NCBI RefSeq assembly: GCF_000737315.1
Contig: NZ_JMCB01000006.1
Span: 206,001 to 268,000 of the forward strand
Direction: 5' to 3'
Source of the DNA: Hyalangium minutum
GTDB lineage: Bacteria; Myxococcota; Myxococcia; Myxococcales; Myxococcaceae
DNA length: 62,000 nt
How positions within the stretch are numbered: position 1 is the stretch's first letter; each line of letters starts with the position of its first letter. Below are positions 20,789-32,709 of this stretch, piece after piece. A program made the position numbers and the translations under genes. The notes under the pieces were generated by a model that worked only from the letters and a program-made list of their open reading frames with translations, was not told where the DNA came from and made no database searches.

Positions 20789-22477
20789 ATGCTGAAGCCA
20801 CGTCGCAAGCGCTGGCCCTGGTTGCTCGCTGGGCTGGTCGTCCTGGGAGTTACCTACATGCTGCGCCCTGCTCCCCCCAAGGGACGCCCTGCGGATCCTC
20901 CGTATCTCACCTTCTTCCTGGTGGATGGCCTGTCCCAGGAGGTGTTCCAGCGGGAGTTGGAAGCCGGGCGCCTGCCAAACTTCTCCCGGCTCATCTCCGA
21001 GGGCCTCTATGTGGAGGACGGCATCGCTGCCTTCCCGAGCATGACGGGCTACGGCTTCTACCCCTTCATCACCGGGCAGGATGCGGTGCGCAGCGGCGTG
21101 CTGGGCCTGCGCTGGTTCCGGCGCGAGGCCCCCGAGGGCAACTTCCGCGCCTACGTGGGCCGCACCAACGTGATGATGAACGAGGACTTCGCCGCCGAGC
21201 CTCGCACGCTCTTCGAGTGCTTCCCGGGGCAGCACAGCTTCTCGGTGAACAGCTACGCCAACCGCGGCGTGGTGCGGAACGAGAAGCTCGGCTGGGGCTT
21301 CAGCATGGCCAAGTACCAGGAGAAGTACCCGCTCATCCGGTTCCTGGGGGGCACGCCGTGGCTGGGGCCTCGCTTCATCCCGGACTGGTACGGCGCCGAG
21401 ACGCAGGTGCTGGAGCTGGCGCTGGAGGACCTGGCCGACAAGCCCAAGGTGCAGTGGGTCACCTTCGCCAGCCCGGACGGCCGCAACCACATCGTCGGCA
21501 CGGACGACACGTACGTGAAGCTGGTGCGCCATATCGACTCGCTCATCGGCCGTTACCGCGAGGAGAGCCAGCGCCTAGGCCAGGAGGAGCACCGCCTGTA
21601 CGCCGTCATCTCGGACCACGGCGTCACCGACGTGCACAAGAACGTGGATCTGCGGGTGGCGCTGGGCACGGCGGGGCTGCGCGCCTGGCGCGGCGAGGCC
21701 ACCCACCTGCGCCAGAGCCGCCTGAATGATCCGATCTCCACCTGGGCGGACACGGACGTCGTCCTCGCGGTGAACGGCAACACGATGAACTACGTGTACC
21801 TGCGCAACCCGGCCGCCCAGGGCGAGCAGGCGTGGCGCACGCAGCCCGCGCCGGGCACGGCCTTCCAGCTGCCTCCGCACCAGGGCGGCGCGCCCGTGGA
21901 CGTGGTGAAGGTGCTGCGCGAGGCAGAGGGCGTGGAGCTGGTGGTGACCCGCGCCGACGCCGCCGGACAGGTGCGCGTCTTCTCGCGCACGGGCGAGGGC
22001 CGCATCACCCCGAGTGAGGGTGGGCTCTCCTACTCCTGCGAGGGCGAGGATCCCCTGGGCTACGCGCAAGGCGAGGCCAGCCGGGTGCTGTGCGACGGCC
22101 GTCCGCGCTCGGATCGCGACTGGCTGAAGGCCACCCACGCCCTGGGCTTTCCGGACGCGGTGGTGCGGCTACACCGGCTGATGTCGGCGCCGGACGTGGC
22201 GGACCTCGTGGTGACGGCGGCGCTCGGTTACGACTTGGCGGCCGACTACGAGCTGGTGGTGGGCAACTACCGGGGCGGCCACGGAGGCCTGCGCGCGGAT
22301 CAGCTCCGCGTGCCGTACATCCTCTCTGGCCCTGGAGTGCCGATGGGCCAGCGACTGGCCACGGCCCGGGCCGAGGACATCGGGGCAACAGTGCTGCGCC
22401 TGGCCGGCTGCCCGCCCGCCGAGCAGCGGGCCGGCGAGGATTTGATCCCGGCCGTGGCCACGCCCGCTCCCCCCTGA
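20789..22477 (+). CDS. Membrane-anchored alkaline phosphatase superfamily / nucleotide pyrophosphatase-phosphodiesterase (ENPP-like)
   Basis: N-terminal TM anchor; FLVDGLS, FPSMT, ISDHG, GGHGG. Confidence 0.85.
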   Translation: MLKPRRKRWPWLLAGLVVLGVTYMLRPAPPKGRPADPPYLTFFLVDGLSQEVFQRELEAGRLPNFSRLISEGLYVEDGIAAFPSMTGYGFYPFITGQDAVRSGVLGLRWFRREAPEGNFRAYVGRTNVMMNEDFAAEPRTLFECFPGQHSFSVNSYANRGVVRNEKLGWGFSMAKYQEKYPLIRFLGGTPWLGPRFIPDWYGAETQVLELALEDLADKPKVQWVTFASPDGRNHIVGTDDTYVKLVRHIDSLIGRYREESQRLGQEEHRLYAVISDHGVTDVHKNVDLRVALGTAGLRAWRGEATHLRQSRLNDPISTWADTDVVLAVNGNTMNYVYLRNPAAQGEQAWRTQPAPGTAFQLPPHQGGAPVDVVKVLREAEGVELVVTRADAAGQVRVFSRTGEGRITPSEGGLSYSCEGEDPLGYAQGEASRVLCDGRPRSDRDWLKATHALGFPDAVVRLHRLMSAPDVADLVVTAALGYDLAADYELVVGNYRGGHGGLRADQLRVPYILSGPGVPMGQRLATARAEDIGATVLRLAGCPPAEQRAGEDLIPAVATPAPP

Positions 22478-22633
22478 GCAGGCGGACAGGCATTTCACCC
22501 TGTCCTCCAGGGCAGGGCATGGCCACCTTGCGGCCCGAAGGGACCCACGTTTCGTGGGCCCTCTGGAGGGGGATTCGCCCTCTTCCGTGGCGCCAGGAGG
22601 GCCTGGACACGGGGGATCAGGCGAGGCCGCGAT

Positions 22634-25153
22634 ATGGCTTCGGATCCGACAACGCCCGCCGGCTGGCGGGGACGTCTTGAGCAGCGCCTCGGCGGGCTGG
22701 CGGACTACAACTACCGCCACCCCTGGCTAGCGCTCGCCATTGCCCTGGCGCTGAGCGTGCTGGGGGTCTTCTTCGCGCGGGGACTGTCGCTTGATGCGAA
22801 CCTGGTGAGCCTGCTTCCCCAGTCCTTCCAGAGCGTGAAGGATCTGCAGGAGCTGGAGGAGCGCTTCGGCGGGCTCGGGTGGGTGGCCGTGGTAGGCGAG
22901 GGGGCGGACCCCGAAGCCCTGCGCCGCTTCGCGGACGATCTGGCGCCCCAGCTGGAGGCCTTGCCTGACATCCGCTTCGTGGAGTCGAAGCGCCCCGGGC
23001 CCTTCCTCCAGGAGCACGCGCTCTACTTCCTCTCCTTGGAGGATCTGCTGCAGGTGGAGCAGCGCATCGACGCGCGCCTCACGTACGAGAAGCAGCGCGC
23101 CAACCCGCTCTATGTCCCGCTGGTGGACGAGCCCGTGCCCTCGCTGGACTTCTCGGACCTGGAGGCGAAGTACGGCGCGGGCAGCGTGCGCAGGCTCTCG
23201 GGCCCCACGGGGGGAGAATACTATCTGGATCCGGTGGCGCGCCGTGTGGTGCTGCTGGCCAAGCCCGAGGGCATCTCCGCGGACCTGGACTTCTCCAAGC
23301 GCGTCGTCGGCGAGGTGGAGAAGCTGCTGGCCGCGCAGGACCTGTCCAAGTACGGGCCGGACTTCCACACGGCCATCACTGGTACCTTCCAGAAGAAGCT
23401 GGATCAACAGAAGCAGATCGGCCGGGACATCGCGGTGTCCTCGGCGGTGGCGGGCGTGCTGCTGCTGATCTACCTGCTGCTGCACTTCCGCAGCGCGCTC
23501 GCGGTGGCGGTGGTGCTGGCGCCGGTAGGCATGGGCCTGGCGTGGACGTACGGGCTGGTGGGCGTGGCGTACGGGCGGGTGAACCTGCTCACGGGCTTCC
23601 TGGGCGCCATCCTCGGAGGTCTCGGCATCGAGCACGGCATCCACCTGCTGGGGCGCTACCTCTATCTGCGCGGCCAGAAGTGGCAGGCGGAGGCGGCCAC
23701 GCGCGAGGCCTTCACGCACACGGGCAGCGCGGCGCTCACCTCGGCGCTCGTGGCGGCGCTCACCTTCTTCCTGCTGGGCACCTCGCACTTCCGCGCGTTC
23801 CGTGAGTTCGGCGTCATCGCCGGCTTCGGCATGCTGCTCATGGTGCTGGCCTACGTGCTGGTGCTGCCCGCGGTGCTGGGGCTGGCAGCGAAGCTGGGCT
23901 GGAAGCCCGGCCCGGGCGCCACGAAACACCAGCGCTCTCCGCTGGGCCGCCTGCTGGTGCGGCTGCACCGCCCCCTCACCGTGGTGTCGATGGTGGTCAT
24001 CGCCCTGCTGGTGGCGAACGTGGGCCGCGTGCGCTTCAACTACAACTTCGGCTCGCTGGCGGATCAGCACCTGCCCTCCTTCGTGCTGGACCGGCAGGTG
24101 ACGCAGCTGATTGGCTACTCGCAGTCTCCTCTGGTGATGCTGCCCCACAGCCCGGCGGAGGAGAGTGCCGTGGTGGAGGAACTGCACGCGAACCAGGCCC
24201 GTCTGGGCGAGCACTCCACGGTGGACTTCATCGCCTCGCTGGACACGCTGGTGCCGCGGGACCAGGTGAAGAAGCAGGAAGTGCTCCGCCGCCTCCAGAC
24301 CCTGCTGGAAGATGTGCCCGAGGGGCAGCTCGACGCCCAGCAACGCGAGCAGCTCGCGGAGCTGCGCCAGGCGACGCGGGCCGAGCCCTTCACCCTCGAG
24401 CAACTGCCTGCCTCCATGCGCCGGCCCTTCACGGACCTGAGCGGCCAGAGCCACTTCGTGCTGGTGTACCCGCGGGTGAGCCTGGATGACGGGCAGGGCA
24501 TCCGCGCCCTGGCCCGCGAGCTGCGCCAGGTGAAGACGCCCAGCGGCGGGCCCGTCGCCGTGGCGGGCGAGCCCATGGTGCTCGCGGACATCCTCAACAT
24601 GGTCACGCGCGAGTCGCCGTTCATTCTCATCGGCTCGCTGGTGGCGGTGCTGCTGGCCATGTGGGTGACTTTGGGGAGCCTGCGCCTGGCGCTGCTGTGC
24701 CTGACGCCCACCGTGGTGTCGCTGTTCGCGCTGGTGGGGCTGATGCCGCTGCTCAACGTGCAGTTCAACTACCTCAACATCCTCGTTATCCCCGTGCTCA
24801 TCGGGACGACCGTGGATGCGGGCGTCCACCTGCTCACGCAGCTCGTGTCACCGGAGAGCGACTTCGTCTCCGTCTACTCAGAGACGGGCCGCGCCATCAC
24901 GGGCGGTCTGCTGACGAGCGCCTTGGGCTTCGGCGCGCTCTTCCTCGCCGATCACCCGGGCCTCAACTCCATTGGCACGCTGGCCAACCTGGGCTTCGGC
25001 GTGAATCTGCTGGTGATGCTGGTGGCCTTCCCCGCGCTCCTGCTGCTGCTGTCCGAGCGGCGGCGGCGCAAGCGGCTCCAGCAGCAGGCCCATGCCCGGG
25101 ACGAGGCGCTCCCTCCCCCGGCCCGGCCGAGCGACGCTCCCTCGGCGAGCTGA
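22634..25153 (+). CDS. MMPL/RND-superfamily lipid transporter, paralogue of 18144-20615
   Basis: Shares DLSKYGP.F.TA..GTF.KK, VNLLTGFLGA.LGGLG.EHGIHLLGRY and GTTVDAGVHL with the first copy. Confidence 0.9.
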   Translation: MASDPTTPAGWRGRLEQRLGGLADYNYRHPWLALAIALALSVLGVFFARGLSLDANLVSLLPQSFQSVKDLQELEERFGGLGWVAVVGEGADPEALRRFADDLAPQLEALPDIRFVESKRPGPFLQEHALYFLSLEDLLQVEQRIDARLTYEKQRANPLYVPLVDEPVPSLDFSDLEAKYGAGSVRRLSGPTGGEYYLDPVARRVVLLAKPEGISADLDFSKRVVGEVEKLLAAQDLSKYGPDFHTAITGTFQKKLDQQKQIGRDIAVSSAVAGVLLLIYLLLHFRSALAVAVVLAPVGMGLAWTYGLVGVAYGRVNLLTGFLGAILGGLGIEHGIHLLGRYLYLRGQKWQAEAATREAFTHTGSAALTSALVAALTFFLLGTSHFRAFREFGVIAGFGMLLMVLAYVLVLPAVLGLAAKLGWKPGPGATKHQRSPLGRLLVRLHRPLTVVSMVVIALLVANVGRVRFNYNFGSLADQHLPSFVLDRQVTQLIGYSQSPLVMLPHSPAEESAVVEELHANQARLGEHSTVDFIASLDTLVPRDQVKKQEVLRRLQTLLEDVPEGQLDAQQREQLAELRQATRAEPFTLEQLPASMRRPFTDLSGQSHFVLVYPRVSLDDGQGIRALARELRQVKTPSGGPVAVAGEPMVLADILNMVTRESPFILIGSLVAVLLAMWVTLGSLRLALLCLTPTVVSLFALVGLMPLLNVQFNYLNILVIPVLIGTTVDAGVHLLTQLVSPESDFVSVYSETGRAITGGLLTSALGFGALFLADHPGLNSIGTLANLGFGVNLLVMLVAFPALLLLLSERRRRKRLQQQAHARDEALPPPARPSDAPSAS

Positions 25154-25382
25154 TCCACACGCTTCAGATGGAAACGGGCCTCAGGGCGCGCTCCGGCGCA
25201 CCCCTGGGGCCCGCTTGCGTTTCACAGAGGTTTCGTCGAGCCCCGGCACGAATTGACAGGCCCATGGAGCCGCCGCCCGGAGAGCGTGCAGCCACTCGGG
25301 CGGTCCCTGCACGTGTGGGTCTTACTGCTCAGGTTCCCGGCCAGAAGCGACACGGACACGAACAGACAAAGGGAGAGACACC

Positions 25383-25865
25383 ATGAAGACCACGATGAAG
25401 TTCCTGGCCGCCGGTCTGCTCGCGAGCGCGCTGACCTTCGTTGGCTGCAAATCGAACTCTTCCGCCGAGCGCGCGAGTGAGCCCGCCACGGCACCCGCCA
25501 CGGACACGGGTACTGACACGGGTACGGGTACCAGCACGACTCCCCCTCCGGGCACGGGCGGCTCGGGCGACATCAGCAAGACGAAGCAGTCGGATGACAA
25601 CCTCCGCATGCCGGAGGAGGATCCGCTGCGCACCCCAGAGAGCGAGAGCATCCGCGACGCCGAGTCCGAGCCGGGCGTCCATGAAGGCAGCAAGGTGGAT
25701 CCAGGCATCGGCGGCTCCGGCTTCCCCGACGACTCGGCCATCGACGAGAACCTGAACCCGGGCGGCAACGTGGACGACACGCTGCGCACGCCGGGCTCGC
25801 CCGCGGACATCGTCCCCGATAACAACCTCAACAACGACAGCACGCTGCCCGAGAACACGCGCTAA
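25383..25865 (+). CDS. Acidic low-complexity lipoprotein
   Basis: Lipobox FVGC after hydrophobic leader; GGGAGA RBS; Thr/Gly/Asp-rich. Confidence 0.7.
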   Translation: MKTTMKFLAAGLLASALTFVGCKSNSSAERASEPATAPATDTGTDTGTGTSTTPPPGTGGSGDISKTKQSDDNLRMPEEDPLRTPESESIRDAESEPGVHEGSKVDPGIGGSGFPDDSAIDENLNPGGNVDDTLRTPGSPADIVPDNNLNNDSTLPENTR

Positions 25866-26062
25866 CCCGCGCCTCTCCGCGAGCAGCAGCCCCGGCAGCG
25901 CCCACGCACCCGCGTGGGCGTTGCCGTTTGGAGCGCGGGAGAACAGGTCACCTTCTCCCTCCCATCACCGCGAGGAGCATCACGCGCCGCATCAACGCCA
26001 CGCGTCACGGCCCAGGAGGCTCGACATGGCGGCGCAGGGTTGGTGAACCTGGAAGAACCCCC

Positions 26063-27778
26063 ATGAAACAGTACGAGAAGAAGTACGACGCCGACGGCCA
26101 CCCCTACCTCGAAACCTCGCTGCCGGGCCTTTTGCTCACGCGCCTGCCGCTGCTCAACAAGGGCACCTCCTTCACCTGGGAGGAGCGCAAGCAGTTCGGG
26201 CTGATGGGCGTGCTGCCCACCCACGTCTCCACGCTGGAGGAGCAGGTCGAGCGCTCCTACGCGAACTTCAAGAGCTTCCGCACGGACCTGGAGAAGCACG
26301 TCTTCCTGCGCGCGCTGCAGGACCGCAGCGAGGTGCTCTTCTACGCGCTCATCGATCGGCACATCGAGGAGATGATGCCCATCATCTACACCCCCACGGT
26401 GGCGCAGGCGGTGGAGCAGTTCAGCCGCATCTACCGCTACCCCCGCGGGCTGGTGGTGAACCCGGAGAACATCGGGCAGATCGACTCGCTCCTGGAGAAC
26501 ACGCCCTTCCCAGACGTGCAGCTCATCGTCGCCACGGACAACGAGGGCATCCTCGGCATTGGTGACCAGGGCTTCGGCGGCCTGGCCATCTGCATCGGCA
26601 AGCTGTCGCTCTACACGGCGGCGGCGGGCATCGACCCGGCGGTGACGCTGCCCGTGGAGCTGGACGTGGGCACGAACCGCAAGGACCTGCTGGAGGATCC
26701 GCTCTACCTGGGCGTGAAGCGGCCGCGCATGGAGGGCCAGGAGTACGACGACTTCATCCACCGCTTCGTCACCGCGCTCCAGCGCCGGTTCCCCAACGTG
26801 CTGCTGCAGTGGGAGGACTTCAGCAAGCAGAAGGCGTTCGACGTGCTGAGCCGGTACCAGGATGTGGTGCCCTCACTGAATGACGACATCCAGGGCACGG
26901 GCGCGGTGGTGCTGGCGGGACTGCTGGCGGCGGCGCGCACCAGCCAGCAGGACCTGAAGCAGCAGATGTTCCTCATCCACGGGGCGGGCGCGGGCGGCGT
27001 GGGCGTGGCGCGGCAGATCGCCCGGGGCCTGCAGCTGCAGGGGCTGACCCTGGATCAGGCGCGGCAGCGCATCTTCCTGATCGACTCCAAGGGCCTCATC
27101 CTGAAGGACCGCAAGGGGCTGGAGCCGTACAAGCTCGAGTTCGCCCACGAGCCAGCGCGGGTGGCGGGCTGGAAGCTGCAGAACGGCATCCCGAGCCTCC
27201 TGGAGACGGTGAAGGAGGCGAAGGTGACGGTGCTGCTGGGCCTGTCCGGGCAGCGCGGGGCGTTCGGCGAGGAGGTGGTGCGAGCGGTGGCGGCGAACAC
27301 GCCGTACCCGGTGGTGTTCGCGCTCTCCAACCCCACGGCGAACAGCGAGGCGGTGCCGGCGGACATCTACCGGTGGACGGAGGGCAAGGCGCTGGTGGCC
27401 ACGGGCAGCCCGTTCGACGACGTGATGTGGGACGGGGCGGCGCACCCGGTGGGCCAGGGCAACAACGCGTTCATCTTCCCAGGCCTCGGGCTCGGCGTGC
27501 TCGCGAGCCGGGCGCGTCGGGTGACGGATGGGATGCTGACCGCCGCGTCACTGGCGCTCTCCGAGTTCGTGGACAAGGGGCGGCTGGCGCAGGGCGGGCT
27601 CTACCCACGGATGGACAAGATCCACGTGGCGAGCAAGCAGGTGGCGGTAGCGGTCATCCGCCAGGCCCAGAAGGAGGGCGTGGCCGCGGAGCAACTGCCG
27701 GAGGATCTGGAGGCACACCTCGAGGCGCGCATGTGGCGCCCCGAGTTCCTCCCCATCCGCAAGGGCCGTGGCGGCTGA
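26063..27778 (+). CDS. maeA: NAD-dependent malic enzyme
   Basis: LLNKGTSF, PIIYTPTV, ILGIGDQG, QWEDF, NDDIQGTG, GAGAGG, LSNPT, GQGNNAFIFPG. Confidence 0.95.
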   Translation: MKQYEKKYDADGHPYLETSLPGLLLTRLPLLNKGTSFTWEERKQFGLMGVLPTHVSTLEEQVERSYANFKSFRTDLEKHVFLRALQDRSEVLFYALIDRHIEEMMPIIYTPTVAQAVEQFSRIYRYPRGLVVNPENIGQIDSLLENTPFPDVQLIVATDNEGILGIGDQGFGGLAICIGKLSLYTAAAGIDPAVTLPVELDVGTNRKDLLEDPLYLGVKRPRMEGQEYDDFIHRFVTALQRRFPNVLLQWEDFSKQKAFDVLSRYQDVVPSLNDDIQGTGAVVLAGLLAAARTSQQDLKQQMFLIHGAGAGGVGVARQIARGLQLQGLTLDQARQRIFLIDSKGLILKDRKGLEPYKLEFAHEPARVAGWKLQNGIPSLLETVKEAKVTVLLGLSGQRGAFGEEVVRAVAANTPYPVVFALSNPTANSEAVPADIYRWTEGKALVATGSPFDDVMWDGAAHPVGQGNNAFIFPGLGLGVLASRARRVTDGMLTAASLALSEFVDKGRLAQGGLYPRMDKIHVASKQVAVAVIRQAQKEGVAAEQLPEDLEAHLEARMWRPEFLPIRKGRGG

Positions 27779-27784
27779 GCCTCC

Positions 27785-27994
27785 TCAGCTCACCCCCACG
27801 CCCGGATAGGGAATGGACGAGGGCTGCGGCTCGATGACGCGGCCCTCGTGGTGATGGCCCGGCGTCTTCGCGGGGCCCTCAGAGGGCCGCATCGGTGGAA
27901 CGCTCGGGGCGCGCTCGTCGTCCTCCGTGTTCGCGGTGCGGCCCGGGTGCGGCTTCTCGGGGGTGGGAATGTGCAGCACGTCCTTCTTGCTCAT
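27785..27994 (-). CDS. Small hypothetical Pro-rich protein (69 aa)
   Basis: ATG preceded by GGAGG; co-directional with the DUF4142-type gene. Confidence 0.5.
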   Translation of the reverse strand: MSKKDVLHIPTPEKPHPGRTANTEDDERAPSVPPMRPSEGPAKTPGHHHEGRVIEPQPSSIPYPGVGVS

Positions 27995-28181
27995 GGCCAG
28001 CCTCCAGGTGCTCTTTCGTCTCCTCCAAAAGTGGTGAGCCCTCGGTTGGCCAGGTACCCTCTCCAGGAGAGCGCGGACGCCCCGCTTGCATGGCAGGCGG
28101 GAGAGCGCTCCATCCCTTGAAACGAAGACTCCCGCACGCCAGCGCCCAAAGGCACTGGCGCGCGGGAGAGGCGAGGGGCGC

Positions 28182-28991
28182 CTAGTACTTCTTCGTGTTG
28201 CCCGGATCCATCTTGTTCTGGGTGCCGATGTCCTGGGAACCCTTGTGGGTGTCACCCGCGCCGCCGGTCCCCGAGTCCATGGGCTTCATGCTGCCCGAGC
28301 CGCCCACGCCCGTGCCCGCGCCCGGACCGATCCGGCCGAGCAGCGTATAGGCCTGCTGCCGGTGCTGGGTGACAGGGGTGATCAGGTCCTGGAGCAGCGG
28401 GGTCAGCGAGGCGTCCGTCGTGCCCTGCTTGGCCGCCATCAGCTGGCCGAGCGCCTCGTCGTGGCCCCCCACCATGATCGCCAGGAAACACGAGTCGAAC
28501 GGGGTGCCCTTGAGCGCCTGGAGCTTCTCCATGTTGGCCTTGTGAGCCGCCATGGACTTGCGCTCCACGTCGTTCATCGGCTGGGGCTCGGCCAGCTTGA
28601 GGCCCTTCTGCTGCGCGTAGCTCATCACCTTCTGGTCCGCCGCGGTGTGGTCCTTCACCAGCGTCTCACCGTAGGACTTCACGTCCGGGCTCTGGGCGTT
28701 CTGCTGCGCCAGCTGGCCCAGCTTGATCTCCGCCTGGTTCACGTGGTGCAGCCGCTCGAGCATCGCCTTCTCGTCGGCTGGGATCATGAATCCCGTGTGC
28801 TCCAGCATGCCGTCTTTGGCCATGCTCTTGCCCTTCATCGCTTGGCCCTGGGGAATTCCCTGGCTGCCCCGGTTGACTCCCTGGCTGCCCGGGTTCACGC
28901 CCGGGGTGGCCTGGGTGGTGCTCTGAGCGAGCGCGGTACCACCCAGCACCAATGAACCAGCGAGGAGGAGTCCCTGAATCGTGCGCTTCAT
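28182..28991 (-). CDS. Secreted DUF4142 (ferritin-like) domain protein
   Basis: Signal peptide; NQAEIKLGQLA, VKSYGETLVKDH, FD..FL..MV.GH. Confidence 0.85.
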   Translation of the reverse strand: MKRTIQGLLLAGSLVLGGTALAQSTTQATPGVNPGSQGVNRGSQGIPQGQAMKGKSMAKDGMLEHTGFMIPADEKAMLERLHHVNQAEIKLGQLAQQNAQSPDVKSYGETLVKDHTAADQKVMSYAQQKGLKLAEPQPMNDVERKSMAAHKANMEKLQALKGTPFDSCFLAIMVGGHDEALGQLMAAKQGTTDASLTPLLQDLITPVTQHRQQAYTLLGRIGPGAGTGVGGSGSMKPMDSGTGGAGDTHKGSQDIGTQNKMDPGNTKKY

Positions 28992-29217
28992 GTGCTGCTC
29001 TCCCTTCGTCGAGGAGCCGCTTGGGTGGGCCCCTCTACGGGTTCCCAACCTCGCGGCGGATGAAAAGCGGGCGCACCTTGGCCGTCCGGAGCGCCGAGGT
29101 CACCTCCTCGCCTGTCACGGACGTGCACCGCCGCACGTTGTGGCTCCCGGGGGTTCCTCCACTGGACGGTGCCACTGTCCTTCAGGAGGGAGAGCACCCG
29201 GGGTGCCCGGGCCAGCC

Positions 29218-30060
29218 TCAGCGGCGGCGCTTGCCCAACACGTCGATCTGAGTGGCGTACGTATCCCCGGCCACGAGATCGAATGAGGCGCGTACCTCAC
29301 TCCCCTGCCGGATGCGGGTCACCGGAATGCGCCGCTGGCCACTCCTGGCGCGCGAGTCCTCGTTCAGGCGCAGGACGTACGGCTCACCGGTCTCGGAGTC
29401 GATGACCTCGATGGAGCGCTTGGAGACCTTGCTCACGCGGCCCTCCACCATGGAGCTGGCGATGGGCTGTGGCTGCTGCTCCTGCTGAGAGCCCGAGCCC
29501 CCTGTGCCCGTCTCCGCGCTCTGGGCATGGGTGGAGCGGCGGACGCCCTTCACTTCGTCAAGCTCCGCTCGGAGCCGATCCACCTCGGCCCGCAGCTGGG
29601 CGACTTCCACCCGAACATCATTGGAGGCAGAGCCCACCGAAGTGCGCTCGTTCGCACGAGGTGAGCTGGTCGCGATATCGCCACTGCCAGCACCCACTGC
29701 GCTCCCCGCGCTGCCCACGGTGCCAGTACCTGTTCCGGTACCTGTCCCGGTTCCGGCCATGCCCGGCTCAGCAGGCCCATAGAAGGTCTGTCCCACGCCC
29801 GGGGCGGCTCCGGGGGCCTGGCCTCCCGCGACCTGCGACTGGGGCTGGGGCTGGGGCTGGACCGAGAACGAGCCCGCTGCCGGTGGCCCGCCCAGCGCCG
29901 CACCCCCGCTCGCTCCCTGGCCTTGCGGGGTGACTGCACCACCGGCAGCGCTTCCAACGGGCGCACCAGTGCCCGCCCCTCCGCCACTCTGCTGGGCGTG
30001 GCTCGTCTGGGACAGGCAGAACGTGGCCGCGAGTGCAGCCGCCAGGATGACCTTTCTCAT
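29218..30060 (-). CDS. Secreted low-complexity protein with coiled coil and C-terminal OB-fold-like domain
   Basis: Signal peptide; Gly/Ala/Gln-rich; VAQLRAEVDRLRAEL; VEGRVSKV...IRQGSEVRASF. Confidence 0.65.
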   Translation of the reverse strand: MRKVILAAALAATFCLSQTSHAQQSGGGAGTGAPVGSAAGGAVTPQGQGASGGAALGGPPAAGSFSVQPQPQPQSQVAGGQAPGAAPGVGQTFYGPAEPGMAGTGTGTGTGTGTVGSAGSAVGAGSGDIATSSPRANERTSVGSASNDVRVEVAQLRAEVDRLRAELDEVKGVRRSTHAQSAETGTGGSGSQQEQQPQPIASSMVEGRVSKVSKRSIEVIDSETGEPYVLRLNEDSRARSGQRRIPVTRIRQGSEVRASFDLVAGDTYATQIDVLGKRRR

Positions 30061-30316
30061 GGGCTCGGCTCCTCTTTCATTCCCCTGCAGGGAAGTTGGG
30101 TTGCCAACACCCCGTCACCAAGGGGGGCGCGCCCCGCCCTCCGCATGCCTGCCCGCTGGCGAGAGGCTCCTGCGAGCCAGACTGCTGTTCAGTGCCGGTC
30201 ACAACACACGCTCAGTACAGAGCGAACGCTCTTTCATCTCTTCGACAGACCTTGAACCCCCCCCGACATGCCTCCACCTTGGACTGGCACGCAACAAAGA
30301 GAGGGACGGCAGGGCG

Positions 30317-32455
<2,139 letters not shown>

Positions 32456-32459
32456 CCCC

Positions 32460-32605
32460 ACAAAGACCACGGGCCGGCTCCCAGGGGGTAAGAGCCGGCC
32501 CGCTTGGCGCTTCAGGCGACTGCCAGGGTGGGGGCCCCGCCCTGAAGCTAACGAGTGCTCGCTGGCCGCGGATCAAGCGCCTTCGCTCCGGGGGAACAGC
32601 GAGAC
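32460..32605 (-). ncRNA. Candidate small RNA (~145 nt) between convergent glgX and carbonic anhydrase genes
   Basis: Minus-strand promoter-like TTTACA (32641-32636) and extended -10 TGaTAGAAA (32620-32612), followed by two stem-loops; ends inferred, not measured. Confidence 0.35.
32470..32502. terminator. 11-bp perfect hairpin, likely terminator (possibly bidirectional)
   Basis: CGGGCCGGCTC / GAGCCGGCCCG; on the minus strand followed by TGGTCTTTG. Confidence 0.6.
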
Positions 32606-32709
32606 AAGAGCTTTCTATCAATTCACGAGTATTCTTGTAAACCGCGAATTTAGCAAAAGACGAATTATCCAATTTTGGCGGGCCCTTAGCCCTGCTCCGC
32701 TTCGAGGGC

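Noticed and set aside
25928-30316. N-terminal extensions given by the ORF track for the malic enzyme (25928) and GlgX (29930)
   Set aside because: Non-homologous Arg/Pro-rich sequence; family-typical starts are at 26063 and 30317
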